This document shows, piece after piece, positions 60,142 through 64,000 of a DNA stretch of 64,000 bases. Position numbers and translations under genes: made by a program. Within the stretch, counting starts at the first letter, position 1. Each line of letters starts with the position of its first letter. The DNA comes from Alphaproteobacteria bacterium. GTDB taxonomy: Bacteria > Pseudomonadota > Alphaproteobacteria > UBA828. A model generated the notes under the pieces. That model saw only the letters and a program-made list of their open reading frames with translations. It was not told the origin of the DNA and did not search any database. The DNA is taken from the NCBI GenBank assembly GCA_965214705.1, contig CBDCCI010000002.1, forward strand, positions 2,624,001 through 2,688,000. Direction: 5' to 3'.

Positions 60142-60857
60142 AGGGTCATGGCACCACCACCCGCCTGCTGATGATCGAGGACGACCGCGCACTCGCCGAG
60201 ATGGTCGCGACCTATCTAGGCCGCGCTGGCATGACCCTCGATCATCGGGAGGGCGCCGAGGCGGGCCTCGCTGCCGCCCTCCAGGGCGGCTACGACGCCG
60301 TCGTGCTCGACCTGATGCTGCCCGACGGCGACGGGCTGGAGATCTGCCGGGCGATCCGCGCCCGCTCCGACGTGCCGATCCTCATGCTGACGGCGCGGGG
60401 CGAGGAGGCCGACCGCATCGTGGGCCTGGAGATCGGCGCCGACGACTACCTGCCCAAGCCCTTCAACCCGCGCGAGCTGCTGGCCCGCCTGCGCGCCATC
60501 CTGCGCCGCCGCACCCCAGGCAGCCGGGCCAGGCCGGGCGAGACACTGCGCTTCGGCCGTCTCGTCATCGACCGCGCAGCGCGGCGTGTGCTGGTCGACG
60601 ACGAGGAACGGTCGCTGACCGGCCACCAATTCGACCTGCTCTGCGCATTGGCCGAGAGCGCCGGCCGCGTGCTCAGCCGCGAGCAACTCATGGACCGGGT
60701 GCGGGGCGAATCGCTCGAGGCCTTCGACCGCAGCATCGACGTGCATATCTCGCGCATCCGCGCGGCGATCGAGGATGACCCCAAGAACCCGCGCCGCATC
60801 GTCACCTTGCGGGGCGCCGGCTATCTCTTCACCCGCAGCCAGGACGACGACGCGTGA
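60138..60857 (+). CDS. OmpR/CpxR-family response regulator
   Basis: IEDD, LDLMLP, GADDYLPKPF, DRSIDVHISRIR. Confidence 0.93.
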   Translation: MKGHGTTTRLLMIEDDRALAEMVATYLGRAGMTLDHREGAEAGLAAALQGGYDAVVLDLMLPDGDGLEICRAIRARSDVPILMLTARGEEADRIVGLEIGADDYLPKPFNPRELLARLRAILRRRTPGSRARPGETLRFGRLVIDRAARRVLVDDEERSLTGHQFDLLCALAESAGRVLSREQLMDRVRGESLEAFDRSIDVHISRIRAAIEDDPKNPRRIVTLRGAGYLFTRSQDDDA

Positions 60858-62122
60858 GACGGCGCCTCTTCCTGCAGATCTACTTGACGATGCTCGGCAT
60901 CGTCGTGCTGTTCGTCGTGCTGGTCTTTGTCGGCTGGTGGCTCAGCCGCGACGACAGCCCGAGGACGGGACTCCGCCAGGGTATCGGCGCGCTGGTAGCA
61001 GAAGCACTGCCGCCGCCCGGCGCGTCTCCGTCCGAGATCGATGCCGTGCTGGACCGGCTGAGCGAGCATGTGGCGGGCCGCATCAGCGTCTTCGGGCCGG
61101 AGGGCGACTTGCTCGCAAGCCTGGGCCCGCCCCTGCCCTTGCCCGAAGAGCGCACCTCCGGCTGGCGCGGCGGACGCAGTCACGGCTTCGGCATGCCGCT
61201 TCCCGACGGGCGCTTCGTGCTCTTTCGCCCCGATCGTGACCGCTCTGGCACGAAGACGATCGGCTTTCTCGCGGCCCTTGCCCTGCTCGCGGTCGTCGTC
61301 GCCGTCGGCGCCTGGCCGCTCGCCCGCCGCCTCGCACGGCGGCTGGAGCGCCTGCAGGCCCGGGTCGAGGCCCTGGGCGCGGGCGATCTCGCCGCCCGGG
61401 TCGATGTCGAGGGCAAGGACGAGATCGCCGCGCTGGCGCGCAGCTTCAACAGTGCGGCCGAGCGCATCCAGGCCCTCGTCGAAGCCCAGCGCGATACCCT
61501 CGCCGCCGCCTCCCATGAGCTGCGCTCCCCCCTCGCCCGCATCCGCATGGCGGTGGAGCTGCTGGCGGAGAACGGCGACCCTGCGCTGCGCCAGCGCGTC
61601 GAGCGCGACATCGAGGACCTCGACGAGCTGATCGAGGAAATACTGCTGGCGAGCCGGCTCAGCACCCTGGAGCGGCCCGCGCATCGGGAGCGAATCGATC
61701 TCCAAGCGCTCGCAGCCGAAGAAGCCGCCCGCGCCGGGGCCGACTTCGCCGGCGGGCCCGCGACAGTGGCGGGCGAAGGCCGGCTGCTCGCCCGCCTGAT
61801 CCGCAACCTGCTTGAGAATGCCGCGCATCACGCCCCTGGCAGCCCGGCTCTGGTCGAGCTGGAGGTGCGGGACGGCCACGCCATCCTGCGCGTGCTCGAC
61901 CGCGGACCCGGCGTGCCGGAAGACGAACGCGAGCGCATCTTCGAGCCCTTCTACCGCCGCGAGGGGCGGCGGGAGGACGAGGACGACGACCGGGGAGTCG
62001 GGCTCGGGCTCAGTCTGGTGCGCCAGATTGCCCGCCGCCACGGCGGCGAAGCGCGCTGCCTCGCGCGCGAAGGCGGCGGCGCCAGCTTCGAGGTCAGCCT
62101 GCGAATTGGAGGGTCAGCGTGA
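60854..62122 (+). CDS. HAMP-domain sensor histidine kinase (CpxA/RstB-like)
   Basis: Two TM helices, SHELRSPL, NLLENA, DRGPG, GLGL. Confidence 0.93.
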   Translation: MRRRLFLQIYLTMLGIVVLFVVLVFVGWWLSRDDSPRTGLRQGIGALVAEALPPPGASPSEIDAVLDRLSEHVAGRISVFGPEGDLLASLGPPLPLPEERTSGWRGGRSHGFGMPLPDGRFVLFRPDRDRSGTKTIGFLAALALLAVVVAVGAWPLARRLARRLERLQARVEALGAGDLAARVDVEGKDEIAALARSFNSAAERIQALVEAQRDTLAAASHELRSPLARIRMAVELLAENGDPALRQRVERDIEDLDELIEEILLASRLSTLERPAHRERIDLQALAAEEAARAGADFAGGPATVAGEGRLLARLIRNLLENAAHHAPGSPALVELEVRDGHAILRVLDRGPGVPEDERERIFEPFYRREGRREDEDDDRGVGLGLSLVRQIARRHGGEARCLAREGGGASFEVSLRIGGSA

Positions 62123-62199
62123 GGCGCGTCGACCGGCAGTTCGAAGCGTTGGACGCGGAACATGCCCCGGCCAGTCGTAACAAAATTGTTGTTGACAGC

Positions 62200-62268
62200 C
62201 CCACGACACTTGGCATTTCATACCATAGGTTGCGGTATTGTCGCCTTGATGAGCTATATGTCGTTGAG
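62200..62268 (+). promoter_or_regulatory. Possible tandem NrdR boxes
   Basis: ACCATAGGTTGCGG and AGCTATATGTCGTTG loosely match acaCwAtATaTwGtg upstream of nrdJ. Confidence 0.4.
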
Positions 62269-62318
62269 GTGGTGGCCGCGCTGTTCTTCGGCTTAGGCCG
62301 GTCATTTGGGGGTAGTCC

Positions 62319-64000
62319 ATGCGCATCCAGCGCCACTATACGACGGACGACGGAGCGTCGCGCGAGGAGGTCGCGTACCGCACGACCTCGTGCGAGATCC
62401 GCAATCCCGACGGCTCGGTGGTGTTCGCGCAGCAGGACGTCGAGGTCCCGGCCGGCTGGTCGCAGGTCGCCTGCGACGTCCTCGCCCAGAAGTATTTCCG
62501 CAAGGCCGGCATCGCGGCCCGACGCAAGCCGGTGCCCGAGGCCGACGTGCCCGAGTGGCTGTGGCGCAGCGAGCCGGATCCGGACGCCGCCCGCGCCGAC
62601 GACGACCGCCCTGCCGGCGGCGAGCGCTCAGCCAGGGAGGTGTTCCACCGCCTCGCCGGCACCTGGACCTACTGGGGCTGGAAGGCTGGCTACTTCGACG
62701 CCGAATCGGACGCCCGCGCCTTCTATGACGAGCTCGTCACCATGCTGGCGCTTCAGGTCGCCGCGCCCAACTCGCCGCAGTGGTTCAACACCGGCCTGAA
62801 CTGGGCCTACGGCATCGACGGCCCGGCCCAGGGCCACTACTACGTCGACCACGAGAGCGGCGACCTGAAGGAGGCCGAGTCGGCCTACGAACACCCCCAG
62901 CCGCACGCCTGCTTCATCCAGAGCATCCAGGACGATCTCGTCAACGAGGGCGGGATCATGGACCTCTGGGTGCGTGAGGCGCGGCTCTTCAAGTACGGCT
63001 CGGGCACGGGCACCAACTTCTCCAACCTGCGCGGCGAGGGCGAGTCGCTCTCCGGCGGGGGCAAGTCCTCCGGCCTGATGAGCTTCCTCAAGATCGGTGA
63101 CCGCGCCGCCGGTGCCATCAAGTCGGGCGGCACCACCCGACGCGCTGCCAAGATGGTCATCGTCGATGTCGACCACCCCGACATCGAAGACTTCGTCTCC
63201 TGGAAGGTGGTGGAGGAGCAGAAGGTCGCGGCGCTGGTCAGTGGATCGCAGTTGCTGCACACCCGCCTCAACGCCATCGTCGATGCCTGCCACGCGGGCA
63301 GCGGCGCCGATCGCTTCGAGCCCAAATCCAACCCGGCGCTCAGCGACGCGGTCCGTGAGGCGCGGAAGGCGCTGGTGCCCGAGACCTGCATCCACCGTGC
63401 GATCCGCTGGGCCGAGCAGGGCTTCACCGAGATCGACTTCCGCATTTACGACACCGACTGGCAGTCCGAGGCCTATCTCACCGTCTCGGGCCAGAACTCA
63501 AACAACTCGATTCGCGTGACTGACGCCTTCCTGCGGCAGGTGGAGGCCGGCGGCACCTGGGATCTGATCCGCCGCACCGACGGCAAGGTGGTGAAGACCA
63601 TCGACGCGAGCGGGCTCTGGGACCAGATTTCGGAGGCGGCCTGGGCCTCGGCCGACCCCGGCATCCAGTTCGACAGCACCATCAACGCTTGGCACACCTG
63701 CCCGGCAGGGGGGCGCATCAACGCGTCCAACCCCTGCTCCGAGTACATGTTCCTCGACGATACCGCGTGCAACCTCGCCTCGCTCAACCTGATCACCTTC
63801 AGGCGCGAGGACGGCAGCTTCGACATCGAGGGCTTCGAGCACGCGGTCAAGCTCTGGACCGTCGTTCTCGAAATCGCGGTGGTGATGGCGCAGTTCCCCT
63901 CACGCGAGATCGCGCTCCGGTCCTATCGCTACCGCACGCTGGGATTGGGCTTCGCCAATCTCGGCGGTCTTCTCATGTCGCTCGGGCTCTCCTACGACAG
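62319..64000 (+). CDS. nrdJ: Class II (B12-dependent) ribonucleotide reductase, truncated by the window end
   Basis: MRIQRHYT...WSQVACDVLAQKYFRKAG...PNSPQWFNTGL...ACFIQ...TTRRAAKM...NASNPCSEY...ACNLAS. Confidence 0.95.
   Translation, partial: MRIQRHYTTDDGASREEVAYRTTSCEIRNPDGSVVFAQQDVEVPAGWSQVACDVLAQKYFRKAGIAARRKPVPEADVPEWLWRSEPDPDAARADDDRPAGGERSAREVFHRLAGTWTYWGWKAGYFDAESDARAFYDELVTMLALQVAAPNSPQWFNTGLNWAYGIDGPAQGHYYVDHESGDLKEAESAYEHPQPHACFIQSIQDDLVNEGGIMDLWVREARLFKYGSGTGTNFSNLRGEGESLSGGGKSSGLMSFLKIGDRAAGAIKSGGTTRRAAKMVIVDVDHPDIEDFVSWKVVEEQKVAALVSGSQLLHTRLNAIVDACHAGSGADRFEPKSNPALSDAVREARKALVPETCIHRAIRWAEQGFTEIDFRIYDTDWQSEAYLTVSGQNSNNSIRVTDAFLRQVEAGGTWDLIRRTDGKVVKTIDASGLWDQISEAAWASADPGIQFDSTINAWHTCPAGGRINASNPCSEYMFLDDTACNLASLNLITFRREDGSFDIEGFEHAVKLWTVVLEIAVVMAQFPSREIALRSYRYRTLGLGFANLGGLLMSLGLSYD

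Noticed and set aside
1-64000. CRISPR array, cas genes, tRNA or rRNA (including a guide for the Tn7-like element)
   Set aside because: No regularly spaced repeats, Cas motifs or RNA-gene signatures were seen by eye.

Overview
High-GC alphaproteobacterial DNA (Rhodospirillales-like, inferred from the tyrS/anmK/cysE/iscR/nrdJ neighbourhood) in three zones. (1) About 1-15.7 kb is dense in mobile elements. It holds a complete, delimited 4.4-kb TG...CA transposon (120-4513, 5-bp TSD GCGCG) encoding a Cys/His protein, a Mu/TnsB-like DDE transposase, an ExeA/TnsC-like ATPase and a translationally coupled RepA/AAA_25 helicase-like protein. It also holds an IS21 relic, an intact IS630, secreted dienelactone-hydrolase-like genes, and an IS4/Tn5-like element whose transposase is fused to a DUF4338 (DruA-like) domain and interrupted by an IS1634. 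(2) About 15.9-47.5 kb is a catabolic island with three ABC importers, CoA-transferases, a DUF917/hydantoinase/racemase module and a MalT-like regulator broken by a 50-bp tandem duplication. It includes an operon divergent from a RutR-like regulator and headed by a uracil-DNA-glycosylase-fold enzyme that lacks the DNA base-flipping loop (UDG-like, GMC oxidase, NIPSNAP, nucleoside-type ABC importer). (3) About 47.5-64 kb is mostly core genes (tenA, fdx, iscS, iscR, cysE, anmK, tyrS, NDUFA12-like, partial nrdJ). It also contains a Cpx-like locus in which a penicillin-acylase-family amidase and a GH3 amide synthetase sit between spy/cpxP and the two-component system. All family assignments come from motif recognition by eye, with no database searches.
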